Part shown: in pieces, positions 22,832 through 35,215 of the stretch
Layout: each line of letters begins with the position of its first letter
How positions within the stretch are numbered: the stretch's first letter is position 1
Assembly (NCBI RefSeq): GCF_039654945.1
Contig: NW_027361964.1
Coordinates: 3,782,001-3,844,837 of the forward strand
DNA from: Dendrobates tinctorius
Lineage: Eukaryota
Length of the DNA: 62,837 bases
Reading direction: 5' to 3'
Notes under the pieces: generated by a model
What the model saw: only the letters and a program-made list of their open reading frames with translations
Told to the model about the DNA's origin: nothing
Database searches by the model: none
Position numbers and translations under genes: made by a program

Positions 22832-23472
22832 TTTTATTACTAGCGGTAATCTGTCATAACTAAAATGAAGGTTTACCAAGGAATCCCCCCGACCCTGATG
22901 CTGCAGCCAGAGGGTCCATGTAACCAGACATGATCAGCTGCCGAGTTGCCCGGTCTTACATTGGTGCCATTCTCTGTACGCTGATGTACATCGAGGTGGT
23001 GAGCTGTGCCGATGCCTCGTCCTCCCATATACTCGTGTGCTAGTTTTATTACTAGCGGTAATCTGTCATAACTAAAATGGAGGTTTACCAAGAAATCCCC
23101 CCGACCCCGATGCTGCAGCCAGAGGGTCCATGTAACCAGACATGATCAGCTGCCGAGTTGCCCGGTCTTACATTGGTGCCATTCTCTGTACGCTGACGTA
23201 CGTCGAGGCGGTGAGCTGTGCCGGTGCCTCGTCATCCCATATACTCGTGTGCTAGTTTTATTACTAGCGGTAATCTGTCATAACTAAAATGAAGGTTTAC
23301 CAAGGAATCCCCCTGACCCCGATGCTGCAGCCAGAGGGTCCATGTAACCAGACATGATCAGCTGCCGAGTTGCCCGGTCTTACATTGGTGCCATTCTCTG
23401 TACGCTGACGTACGTCGAGGCGGTGAGCTGTGCCGGTGCCTCGTCATCCCATACACTCGTGCGCTAGTTTAT
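22832..23472. repeat. Tandem triplication of a 212-bp unit
   Basis: TAGCGGTAATCTGTCATAAC recurs at 22841, 23053, 23265. Confidence 0.92.
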
Positions 23473-23848
23473 TCTCTATTCTTCCAGCATTATATATATT
23501 GCGAGTGTTTAACACAAGCGAAAAGGAATTAGTGTTGTGTGACCACTCCGAATATACAGCCTATAAAACACGACTACAAATAACGTCTAATTATTGATAT
23601 AACGTGATAACAAAACACAGACTCAACGGGAAAGAAAGCAGGAGGCAGAAACGAATATAATAAGGCATCACAGAGCGATGTGTTGCAACATCAGAGGCAC
23701 CGAAACCATCAACGGGAAATGCCAGATTTCAGCCATATGGAATTATTCTAGAAATAGAATAATAAATAATATACGATATTAGGGTCATAGATAATAAATA
23801 CCAATAAAAAGGGCCGTGAGAAAGCCGCGCCATACAGAATGGGTCATA

Positions 23849-24686
23849 CACAGGGGCGTCTTGCTAAATTAGAATATCATCAGAAAGTGAATTGATTTCA
23901 GTTCTTCAATACAAAAAGTGACTCTCCTATATTCTATAGAGTCGTTACACACAGAGTGATCTATTCCACGGGTTTATTTCTGGTAATGATGATGATTATG
24001 GCTTACAGCCAATGAGAACCCGAAAGTCATTATCTCAGTAAATTAGAATAATTAACAATAAACACCTGTAAAGGCTTCTAAGAGTTTATAAAGGTCCCTT
24101 ACTCTGTTTCAGTAGCTCCACAATCATGGGGAAGACTGCTGACCCAACAGATGTCCAGAAGGCAGTCACTGACACACTCCACAATCATGGGAAAGACTGC
24201 TGACCTGACAGATGTCCAGAAGGCAGTCACTGACACACTCCACAATCATGGGAAAGACTGCTGACCTGACAGATGTCCAGAAGGCAGTCACTGACACACT
24301 CCACAATCATGGGAAAGACTGCTGACCTGACAGATGTCCAGAAGGCAGTCACTGACACACTTCACAATCATGGGAAAGACTGCTGACCTGACAGATGTCC
24401 AGAAGGCAGTCACTGACACACTCCACAATCATGGGAAAGACTGCTGACCTGACAGATGTCCAGAAGGCAGTCACTGACACACTCCACAATCATGGGAAAG
24501 ACTGCTGACCTGACAGATGTCCAGAAGGCAGTCACTGACACACTCCACAATCATGGGGAAGACTGCTGACCTGACATGTCCAGAAGGCAGTCACTGACAC
24601 ACTCCACAAGGAGGGAAGTCAGAAAAGGTCATTGCTAAAGAAGCCGGCTGTTCACACAGTGCTGTATCCAAGAATATTAATGGAAA
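23849..24686 (+). mobile_element. Tc1-like DNA transposon left end and transposase N-terminus (truncated), containing an 8x 61-bp internal expansion
   Basis: Terminal ...AAATTAGAATATCATCAGAAAG with inner repeat AAATTAGAATA; MGKTADLTDVQKAVTDTLHKEGSQKRSL / KVIAKEAGCSHSAVSKNING-type paired-like HTH start. Confidence 0.75.
24116..24610. repeat. 61-bp tandem repeat, 8 copies, derived from the Tc1 transposase start
   Basis: CTCCACAATCATGGGAAAGACTGCTGACCTGACAGATGTCCAGAAGGCAGTCACTGACACA repeated. Confidence 0.93.
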
Positions 24687-24791
24687 TAATAAGTAACAAC
24701 AATAACAAGTAAGGACCAAAAAACATGCCTGATAGTTATTACATTATCAACATTATGGCATCCGGAATTCTGGACATTCATGGCATCTCTA

Positions 24792-24836
24792 ATACCTCCT
24801 GATGAACCGTTACGGCGGGGAAACGCGTCGGGGTGT
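24792..24836 (+). ncRNA. Minimal type I hammerhead ribozyme motif (Penelope-like fragment)
   Basis: ATACCTC-CTGATGA-accgttacggcggg-GAAA-CGCG-TC-GGGGTGT: core boxes, palindromic ACGCGT stem III, GUC cleavage triplet, stem I with G-U pairs. Confidence 0.65.
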
Positions 24837-27440
24837 GTCTGCTCATGATAAGTGACCACACTCTAAGCCTTTTTCTTATTTATGTATTGATGGCCCCCTT
24901 TGGAATATGTGGCAAAGATAACCATCAGCCATGTTTTTTGGTCCTTACTTGTTATGATGTGGATTTATCTGGTTTTTATCATATAAATATATATTTCTGG
25001 GATTGCATGCATTGGTTATAGGGCATTCTGATGTTTTTCATCTCTGCACTATCATGAAATTGTTTTCCTGCCTATGAGAAAAGGGACCGGTAGGGGAGCG
25101 AGGGACAGTTCTCGTTGAGTGGGGGCGCCAAAAAAATCGTTGTTTAGGGTGCCAATCTCCACAGACAGAGATCAGATAGGCCTAGATTAGGGCCTTGATG
25201 ACCTCAGAATAGGTCTTTTTCTATGTTTTTGGCATTTGCCAGTTTTTCTCACTGGGAAGGTGTTTTTTAAATATTGATTATTAAAAGGTCTGTTAAGGGA
25301 TTACATGGTCACCTCTGTATGTTGATTCCTATTCAATTATAGTTTTTTGGACTCTTAAAGTCACAAAGTCTATATTTTTAAGGGCATCAGTCGGCATTCC
25401 TATTCTTAAAGGGCCATTATTAAACAGTGGGACTCCTATACTGTTATTGCCTATGCATTGAGTGGGTGGGCAGCCAAAAATTAGGACGCATCCCAATACC
25501 CCTTTCACGAGACGTACAGGAGGGCCTCCTGAAAAAATGTTCCCATTATAAGAACGTGGGTCTCACATAGTGTTTGACTATGCATTGAATGTAAGGCCCG
25601 CCCTGCACCAAATTCAAACGCACCCCAATAAGCCTTTGGACCCACATACTGGATGTCCACATGAAACAGAAGTTCCCATTATTTTTCATTTTGTACTGCC
25701 ATACTGTTAGCCTATGCATTGAATGCAAGGCCCGCCCAGCCCCAAAGTTACATGCACCCCAATAAGCCTTTCAACAGACGTACCTGAGGGCCTCATTACA
25801 CAAATGTTTCCATTATTAGGAAGTGGGTCTCCCATAGTGTTTGCCCATGCATTCAACGCAAGGCCGGCAAAAAATTAGGAGGCACTCCAATGCCCCTTGA
25901 AAGAGACGTGGAAGAGGGCCTCAAAACAATGTTCCCATTAAAAAGGAGCAGGTCTCCTTTACTTGGAAGGCCCATACACTAAGTGTATGGGCTGGCAAAC
26001 ATTTCCCCCTGAGGGCTACATATTTTTTAAAACAATTTTGATGGGCATCATAAATACCCTTTGAACAAACTAGAGTGGCTGTAGCAGCACGGAACACTGT
26101 CACCCTCGTGTTCTAGATCTGGTGGAGGAGGATCACACCAAATAGGCAAAATTAGGAAGCGTGTACTCATGTGTGGGTGTGAAGAGGTACATGGGAATAT
26201 ACCTCCCAAAAAATAACACTGGATTTGAGGTTATGTTTCGCTGTTATCATTCGGTGGTGTAGAGAAGTCTGCCCAAATCCAGCCCTTGTTCATTTTTATA
26301 AGAGTCAGCGTGTCAGCATTTTCAGTTGACAGGCAAATGCACTTATCAGTTATAATTCCACAAGCGGCACTAAATACCCGCTCTGACAAAACGCTAGCGG
26401 CACGGCAGGCCAGGACCTCCAAGGTGTAGAGCCAGTTCATGCCACGTGTCCAGCTTGGATACCCAATAGTTAAAAGGCACAGAGGGATCCCAGAGGATGT
26501 TGGTACGGTCAGCAAGGTACTCCCTCAGCATCTTCCAAAATATTCCGTTCCTTGTGGCATTACCCTGTGCCTCAGGGCCAGTGCGATGGGAGGGTCTGAG
26601 AAAACTCTCCCAAAACATTGCCAGTGTTCCCCTGCCTTTGCTGGATTGGAGTTGTGTCTCTCTCACCTGTACTCCTTGGTTGTCCAATGAACTGTGACCT
26701 CTGCCACCAGCGTTTTCAGATGGGAATTTTTTAAATAATTTGGCAACAAGGGCCCTGGTACTGCACCATTTTAATAAACCTGTCTGCCTCTGGAAAAAAA
26801 GATTGAAACTTCTCCTTGTAGCGTGGGTCTAGAAGTGTCACCAACCAGTAATGAGTCACCGTAAATCTTCATAATGGGAAGGTCACGGGAAAGGCAGCGC
26901 AACATAAAGTCAGCTATGCGTGCCAGACTGGCAAGCATTCCGTGTCCTCACCAACAGGATGACTGACCATGGTGTCCTCCTCCCTCCAAATCCTTTCCAA
27001 CATATGCAGTGTAGCATTCCAACACGTGGGGACATCACATACCAGTCAGTGAGCCGGAAGCTGCAAACGCAGCTGAGGCACGGCAATGGCGGCGGAAGCT
27101 GGAGCTGACTTTTGAAAATGGGCACACAGGTGGTGAAATTTCACAAACAGATCTGGCAGCTCTGGGAAGCTTTTGAGAAAATGTTGAACAATGAGGTTAT
27201 TGCAAAAAAGGGGGGAGACAAAAAGCGCAATAGGGTCTTATCCACGTTACAAAAGACAGTATATCATGAAATCTGCTCACCTGGTTAGGATGAGATAAGA
27301 GCGTGTAGGTAGCGGCTGCTGCAGATCCACAGGTCTTCAGTGACCAGAAGAAATGATTAATCCAAAGGGAGTTTGTAGCTATATTCCGCGCTGCCGCTTT
27401 AGACAAAATCCAGGAGAGCGCTGTATGATTGCAGTGGTTT

Positions 27441-27486
27441 TATTCTACGCGTTTCAGGGGTCTCATGCCCCCTTCGTCAGGAAATA
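27441..27486 (-). ncRNA. Hammerhead ribozyme motif (minimal type I)
   Basis: Minus strand: TATTTC-CTGACGA-AGGGG gcatgaga CCCCT-GAAA-CGCG-TA-GAATA; 5-bp stem II, palindromic ACGCGT, GUA triplet. Confidence 0.75.
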
Positions 27487-28443
27487 CCACAAATACATAC
27501 AGGTATCACAGACATAAATAGGTTAGAAAGGATGCTGGATTTAAAAAAAATGAGCGCCAACAAGTCAGATGGTGCAGTGTCAAAGTTCAATGACACCACA
27601 TGATTAACAGTTCACCTAAGATATATTACAAAAGAATACGTATTTTAAAAGATTTTTTGATTAAATTTTCGTTTACAAAACAGATAATTAAGTCAAATTT
27701 ACGATTTTAACAAGAAAAAAAAAAAAAAAGGGAGAGGGGAGTTTATTCCTGTTTAGAGGTGGATACCTTACAAGTGGACTATCGTATGGAAACAGCAAAC
27801 CGCTTTTTTTCATTAAAAGCATTGCAATCTTTATACAAAAAGGGGAGAAAGTAAAAACATAATTTTAATTCTTTACCAATAAAAAATATATAATTTTAGT
27901 TAAATTCTAGAAAATTAAATATAAAGTTATTTTTTAGTATAGAGGAAATGGGTTTTAAAAAATAATAAAAGATGCTAAAAGCAGCAACACACGAGAAGCT
28001 GCACAGCAGTCAGCGCTGCTCAGAATGAGAACGCAGACAGCATGGATTCATTACTTCACTGATACAAAGATCGGGGGCAAATTTTAGATTTAACATGAGG
28101 CACATAAAAAAAGGGGGTTAATATCAGATGCAGCAACACACAGGACGCTGTGCAGGAGCCAACTACTGCTCAAAGAAAAAACGCAGGATAAAGCGGCAGA
28201 GTGAATGGGTGGCTTCATTGATAGATAAGATCGCAGGCAGCTTTTGTGTTCACCCCCTGACACATAAGTCTTTTCACTGGGAAGGAGTGGCAGTAACATT
28301 CTTGCACTGTTCACTAATCTCTATGGCTAGGCAATATATGCATGGGAGCTGAGTTAAAGGAGAAATGAGATACTATTATCAGCCGGGGTCATACTTTCAT
28401 GTCAGACTAGTGGAATTAGTAGCGCTTACCTGGGCTTAATTAA

Positions 28444-31400
28444 CCCCTTACCTACAATGGACGTAATATTCCGTCCATGTGACCCTGGACCTAATTCCCA
28501 TGGACGGAATATTACGTCCCAGCGATCAGCGGCGCCCATGTGGTGAGCGCCGCTGATCGCGGCCGGGTGTCAGCTGATTATCACAGCTGACACACGGCAC
28601 AATGTGTCAGGGGCGGTCACGGACCGCCCCCGACACGTTAACCCCTTGTACACCGTGATCAAACACGATCGCGGTGTACCGGGGGTTAAAGGGAGGCATC
28701 GGCAGGGAGGGGGCTCCCTCCGTGCTTCCCTGAGCCCCCCACGGCAGCGCAATGTGCAGCGCTGCTGCGGGCGGCTCCTTCCCTGTAGGCCCCTGAATCC
28801 AAGATGGCGACGGGGGCCTTCGGGGGCCTGTAGGGAGCTGACTTCCTCAGTGCCTGCAAAGCGCAGGCATGAAGAAGTCTGCAGAACTGCCTGTGACAGA
28901 TCGCTGATCTGTCACAGTGATCTGTGATGTGACAGATCAGCGATCTGTCACAGGACAGTGATGTCCCACCTGGGACAAGGTAATAAAGTAAAAAAAAAAA
29001 AAAAAAGTGTTAAAAATAATTAAAAAAAAAAAAAAAAAAAATTGCTAAATAAATTAGTAAAAAAAAAAAAAAATATTCCCCAATAAATCCATTTTTTCAA
29101 AATAAAAAAAAACCAAAACAATAAAAGTACACATATTAGGTATCGCCGCGTCCGTAGCGACCCGCCCTATAAAACTGTCCCATTAGTTAACCCCTTTAGC
29201 GAACCCCTTAAAAAATAAAAATAAAAAACGAAGCAAAAAATAATGATTTATTATCATACCACCGAACAAAAAGTGTAATAACGCGCGATCAAAAAGACGC
29301 ATATAAATATCCATGGTACCGATGAAAACGTCATCTTGTCCCGCATAAAACGAGCCATGATACAGCATAATCCGCAAAAAAATAAAAAAGTTATAGCTCG
29401 CAGAATAAAGCGATGCAAAAATAATTATTTTTTATAGAAAATTGTTTTCATTGCAAAAAAACGACAAAACATAAAAAAACGACCTAAATGAGGTATCGCT
29501 GTAACCGTACCGACCCGAAGAATAAAACCGCTTTATCAATTTTACCGCACGCGGAACGGTGTAAACGCACCCCCCCAAAAGATATTCATGAAACGCTGGT
29601 TTTTGTTCATTCAGCGTCCCAAAAATCGGAATAAAAAGCGATCAAAAAATGTCACGTGCCCGAAAATGGTACCAATGAAAACGTCAACTCGTCCCGCAAA
29701 AAATAAGACCTCACATGACTCGGTGGGTCAAAATATGGAAAAATTATAGCTCACAATATGTGGTGATGCAAAAACTATTTTTACAATAAAAAGCGTCTTT
29801 TAGCGTGTGACAGCCGCCAAACATAAAAACCGCCATAAATAGTAAATCAAACCCCCCGTTATCACCCCCTTAGTTAGGGAAAAATAATAAAACTAAAAGA
29901 AAATGTATTTATTTCCATTTTTCCATTACGGTTAGGGTTAGGGCTAGGGCTCAGATTAGGGTTAGGGTTGGAGTTATAATTGGGGGTTTCCACTGTTTGG
30001 GCACATCAGGTGCTCTCCAAAGGCAACATGGCGTCTGATCTCAATTCCAGCCAATTCTGCGTTGAAAAAGTCAAACGGCGCTCCTTCCCTTCCAAGCTCT
30101 GCCATGCGCCCAAACAGTGTTTTACCCCCACATATGGGGTATCAGCCTACTCAGGACAAATTACAAAACAACTTTTGGGGTCCAATTTCTCCTGTTACCC
30201 TTAGGAAAATAAAAAATTGGGGGCAAAAATATCATTTTTGCGGAAAAAAATGATTTTTTTATTTTCACGCCCAGGCATTATAAACTTCTGTGAAGCACTT
30301 GGGGGTTCAAAGTGCTCAACACACATCTAGATAAGTTCCGTGAGGGGTCTAGTTTCCAAAATGGGGTCACTTGTGGGGAGTGTCAATAGTTTAGGTACAT
30401 TAGGGGCTCTCCAAACGCACATGACACCCGCAGACCAATCCATCAAAGTCTGCATTCCAAAACGTCACTACTTCCCTTCTGAGCCCCGACGTGTCCCCAT
30501 ACAGTAGTTTTCTCCCACATATGGGGTGTCAGCGTACTCAGGACAAATTGGACAACAACTTTTGGGGTCCAATTTCTCCTGGTACCCTTGGGAAAATAAA
30601 AAAAATGGGGACTAAAAGATGATGTTTGTGGAAAAAATACGATTTTTTTTATTTTCATGCCCGGGCGTTATAAACTTCTGTGAAGCACTGGGGGGTTCAA
30701 AGTGCTCACCACAAATCTAGATAAGTTCCTTAGGGGGTCTAGTTTCCAAAATGGTGTCATTTGTGGGGGGTTTCTACTGTTTTGGTACATCAGGGGTTTT
30801 CCAAACGCGACATGGTGTCCGATCTCAATTCCAGCCAAAAGCGTCAATTGGCGCTGCTTCCCTTTCGAGCTCTGCTATGTGCCCAAATAGTGGTTTACCC
30901 CCACATGTGGGGTATCAGCGTACTCAGGACAAATTGCACAATAACTTTTAGGGTCCTGTTACCCTTGGAAAAATAAAAATTGGGGGTGAAAAGATCATTT
31001 TTGTGGAAAAAATATGATTTTTTAATTGTACCTCTGTACGTTATAAACTCCTGTGAAGCCCTTGTGGGTTCAAAGTTCTCACCACATATCTAGATAAGTT
31101 CCTTGGGGGGTCTAGTTTCCAAAATGGGGTCACTTGGGGGGGGGGGTTTCCACTGTTTAGGTACATCAGGGGCTCTCCAAACGTGACATGGCGTCCGATC
31201 TGAATTCCAGCCAATTTTGCATTGAAAAAGTCAAACGGCGCTCCTTCCCTATTGAGCTCTGCCATGTGCCGAAACAGTGGTTCCCCCCCACATATCAGGT
31301 ATCAGCGTACTCAGGACAAATTGCACAATAACTTTTGCAGTCCAATTTCTCCTGTTACCCTTGGTAAAATAAAGAAAATTGAACCTGAAGTATTTTTTTT

Positions 31401-32020
31401 GTGAAAAAAAGTTAAATGTTAATTTTTTTTTTAAATATTCAAAAAATTCCTGTGACGCACCTAAAGGGTTAATAAACTTCTTGAATGTGGTTTTAAGCAC
31501 CTTAAGGGGTGCAGTTTTTAGAATGGTGTCACTTTTGGATATTTTCTATCATATAGACCCCTCAAAGTGTGGCTTCAAATGTGATGTGGTCCCTAAAAAT
31601 AAAATGGTGTTGCAAAAATGAGAAATCGCTGGTCAATTTTTAACCCTTATAACTTCCTAACAAAAAAAAATTTTGGTTCCAAAATTGTGCTGATGTAAAG
31701 TAAACATGTGGGAAATGTTATTTATTAAGTTTTTTGGGTGCCGTATCGCTGTGATTTAAGGGAATAAAAATTCAAAGTTGGAAAATTGCAAAATTTTTAA
31801 CATTTTCGCCAAATTTCCATTTTTCTCACAAATAAACGCAAGTTATTTGAATGCAATTTTACCACTAACATGAAGTACAATATGTCACGAGAAAACAATG
31901 TCAGAATCACCGGGATCCATGGAAGCGTTTCAGAGTTATGACCTCATAAAGAGACAGTGGTCAGAATTGTAAAAATTGGCCCGGGAGTTAACGTGCAAAC
32001 CACCCTTGGTAGTGAAGGGG
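28444..32020. mobile_element. Non-autonomous piggyBac-type element (3577 bp)
   Basis: TTAA target sites at 28440-28443 and 32021-32024; termini CCCCTT...AAGGGG; internal ~370-390-bp tandem units (CTAGATAAGTTCC at ~30327, 30717, 31090); no transposase ORF. Confidence 0.85.
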
Positions 32021-32183
32021 TTAAAGAAGAAAGGAACTCTTCAGAAAATGCAACTAACAGAGATAATGTTTAAGATAGAGGTGTGAAAGTGATTGCTCCA
32101 TCTGACTTGTTGGCACTCATTTCTTTGAAATCCAGCATCCTTTCAAACCTATTTATGTCTGTGATACCTGTATGTATTTGTGG

Positions 32184-32229
32184 TATTTCCTGATGAAGGG
32201 GGCATGAGACCCCTGAAACTCGTAGAATA
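32184..32229 (+). ncRNA. Hammerhead ribozyme motif, second (inverted) copy
   Basis: TATTTC-CTGATGA-AGGGG gcatgaga CCCCT-GAAA-CTCG-TA-GAATA; stem III palindrome broken (ACTCGT). Confidence 0.68.
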
Positions 32230-35215
32230 AAACCACTGCAATCATACAGCATTCTCCTGGATTTTGTCTAAAGCGGCAGCGCGGAATATAGCTACAAACT
32301 CCCTTTGAACAATGAGGTTAAGCACATGGGCCAGGCATGATACGTGTGCGAGCTCGCCTCGCCTCAGTGCCGCCACCAGGTTCCGGCCATTGTCACACGC
32401 AACCATGCCTGGCGGTAGGTTCAGCAGTGTCAGCCACAGATCTGCCTGCTCTTTCAGAGCTGTCCACAACTCTACAGCATTGTGCGGTTTGTCACCTAAG
32501 CATATTAGCTTCAGTACAGCCTGTTGCCACTTGGCTGAGTCAGTGCTTCCAGCTTGTGAGTGATGTGCTCATTTCGGAGTTGGAGGCTGAAGGGAAGTAG
32601 GTGCAGGAGCTGTAGACTGTGGGGGTAACCCTGATTGACATACGGCACGCAATCCTAAGCATCGGGAGGACGTGTTCCATTCCAAGGTCCATCTGAGTCC
32701 CGACTTCCACTATGTTAAACCAGTGTACCGTCAGCAAGATATACCATCCCTGCCCACAAGCACTTGTCCACGTGTCTGTGGTTAGGTGGACTTTCCCAGT
32801 AACCGCATTCTTCAGGGCAAGGGTAATGTTGAGGGACACATGCTTGTGTAATACCGGGACGACACACCGGGAGAAATAGCGGCGGCTGGGGACCGAGTAC
32901 CTTGGGACGGCCGCCGCCATGAGGTTGTGGAAAGTTTCCGTCTCCACAAGCCTAAAAGGCAACATTTCGACTACGAGCAGACGAGAAATGTGTGAATTTA
33001 GTACTGTGGCCTGTGGGGCGTTGGCTGCATATTTACGCTTGTGTTCCAATGACTGGGGTATGGACAACTGAAGGCTGAGCTGGGACAAGAATGTGGACGT
33101 GCTTGCTGATGGTGGTAGTTGAGTGTGGGCAACGACAGGTGCAGGGCAGGAGGCATCTTCGCATGCACCATGGACAGGGGATTGGTTTGCATGCACAACA
33201 GTGGAAGAAGCAGTGTTTTCACACACACTGTTTCTGGAGCCTGGGGTTCGGCCCACAAAGTCGGGTGCTTTGCTACCATGTGCCTGATCATGCTAGTGGT
33301 GGTCAGGCTGGTAGTTATGCTACCCCTGCTGATGCAGGCATGGCAGGTGGTGCAAATGTCCTGTTTGGTGTTATTGGCAGAGTCTTTGAAAAACAACCAG
33401 ACTTGGGAAGACATTAGCAGCTGTACTGCCAACTTCCGTCGTGCTGGTGTTGCGAGGAATGGTTGTCCGCCTTCTGTCTGCGGGCAGCCCACACACTGCT
33501 TCTTCCTGCTTGTTGGGGGTGCTACGCCTCCCTCCCCGTGTGCTGCTTTCCTCGCTTTGCATGTCCTCCTGCTAGGTTGGGTCAGTTACTATATCATCCA
33601 CCACCTCAGATTCCACTTCCGCACCCTGGTCCTCCTCCTGAGTTTCTGGCAATTGTGTCTCAATATCGTCCACCTCTTGTGACACGTTCCCATCGTTGCC
33701 TTCATGTGACCGTGGCTGCTCAAATATTTGGGCATCGCTACATGCGATCTCCTCTTGCCCCGCTTCAAGTGGACCGGGCGAGAGGCCCAAATCTATAAAT
33801 GGAAACATGAACAGCTCTTCAGAGTGTCCAAGTGTGGGATCAGTTGTCTCCGGGCACTCGGCATGGCGAGAGAAAGGAGGATCAGGGTGAGGAATATGTG
33901 GTCCAAACTCACGGCTACTCAGACCTGACCGTGTGGAAGACAGGGTGCTGGTAGTGGTGGAAAAGTGGAAACATTATCCAGCATCCGACCAACAACCTTT
34001 TGACACCACTCTGGTTTCAATAGTGCTGTTCTGCGGTACCCTATGAATTCGGACAGGAAGGTCATGCTTGAAGATGTCGGTGTTTGTTGTGGCATAATTT
34101 CAGCTTACCCACGGCCTCGGCAGGCACCATCAAGACAACTTCCCCGACCCTTGCCACGCACCTTGCCCATTTTAAATGGACAACAATATTTTCCATGCTA
34201 ACTACAAATGGCTGAATTGGTAGTGAACTTTTATGTGATCCGTGTGCGGGAAAAGCACACTTTAAAATATTTGGACTGTAGGTAAAAATTTATTTTTGGT
34301 TATCAAATAGTAGAATGTAGGCCTGAAATGTCACAATTTGTAGCCCACAGATAGATCAGGAATCTGACGGAGACAACGCACTGTTCAATATGTGGCCTGT
34401 AATTGTTTTTTTTGCCACCACAATTGTGTCAAGAAGTAGGCTATGACACTACAAAGAAATGCTTTGGAGGACTGAAATTGTAAAATATTTAGCGCAATGA
34501 TATGTGATGCATGTGGCGGACAGAACACAGTGTTAAATAGATGAACTGTAGCTAAAAAAAATTTTGGCAGCAACATGGTGTCAAAAAATTTATAAGACAT
34601 TCCAAAAAATACTACAGTACTACAAAAAATGCCAGAATTTTCTGCGCACTCAGATGTGATGCCTGGGACGGGCAAAGCCGTTTAAAATTGCTGGATTTTC
34701 ACGCTGAAGTATTAAAAGGATCTGGCTGTAGTCTGCAGTGTCAACAAGCAAATGGAGAAAAAAAGGGAACTGTGGATTGCATTGGAATAAAATAACCAGG
34801 ATTAAGGAGCAAAAAAAAAAAAAAGTATTCCTAGCCACTGATACCTGGAGCTAGGTATAGCAGCAGCAGACAGTAATGGACCCTTTTGATGTATGCAATA
34901 TCTATATACCCACATACATTGCCTGCATGCCTTGCACTGATATGTATATAGCCACATACACTCCCCACCTACCTAGCACTGCAATCTATATACCCTGTAA
35001 TTAGTCCTTAGGACTGTTGATTTAGCTGGATATGTGGATTCAACGATGGTATACCCACACTAATAAAAGCACAAATCTGTCCCTATCTCAGCAGCAGCTT
35101 TCCCTACACTGTCTGATTCCGGACGTTACTGTGATGAGCAGGGAGGCGGACAGTTTCTTAGACCTGATGACACACTGCGGCCAGCCAAGCACTGTAATAC
35201 CACAACAAAGATGGC

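Larger units (their letters stand above)
27200..32304 (-). mobile_element. Penelope-like (PLE) non-autonomous insertion with 214-bp inverted repeats, each carrying a hammerhead motif
   Basis: Target duplication (TTG)AACAATGAGGTTA at 27184-27199 and 32305-32320; 27363-27576 is the reverse complement of 32094-32307. Confidence 0.7.
26231..34170 (-). pseudogene. hAT transposase pseudogene (multiple frameshifts and a large insertion)
   Basis: ATG 34170 MGKVRGKGRG; BED finger VWLFF...ICTTC...MIRHMVAKH; HLTTDTWTS; CDNGRNL; CLAHVLNLIVQ; dimerisation domain YWVSKLDTW...ASVLSERVFSAA...LIKMN. Confidence 0.88.
25070..35215 (-). mobile_element. Decayed hAT DNA transposon (BED-finger transposase), interrupted at 27200-32304; termini missing
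   Basis: Transposase remnants plus subterminal repeats at ~25450-25990. Confidence 0.75.

Noticed and set aside
35160-35180. Other CTGATGA motifs (also ~870, 5060, 5400, 5783, 23880, 38250) as hammerheads
   Set aside because: No correctly spaced stem II and GAAA/NUH partner
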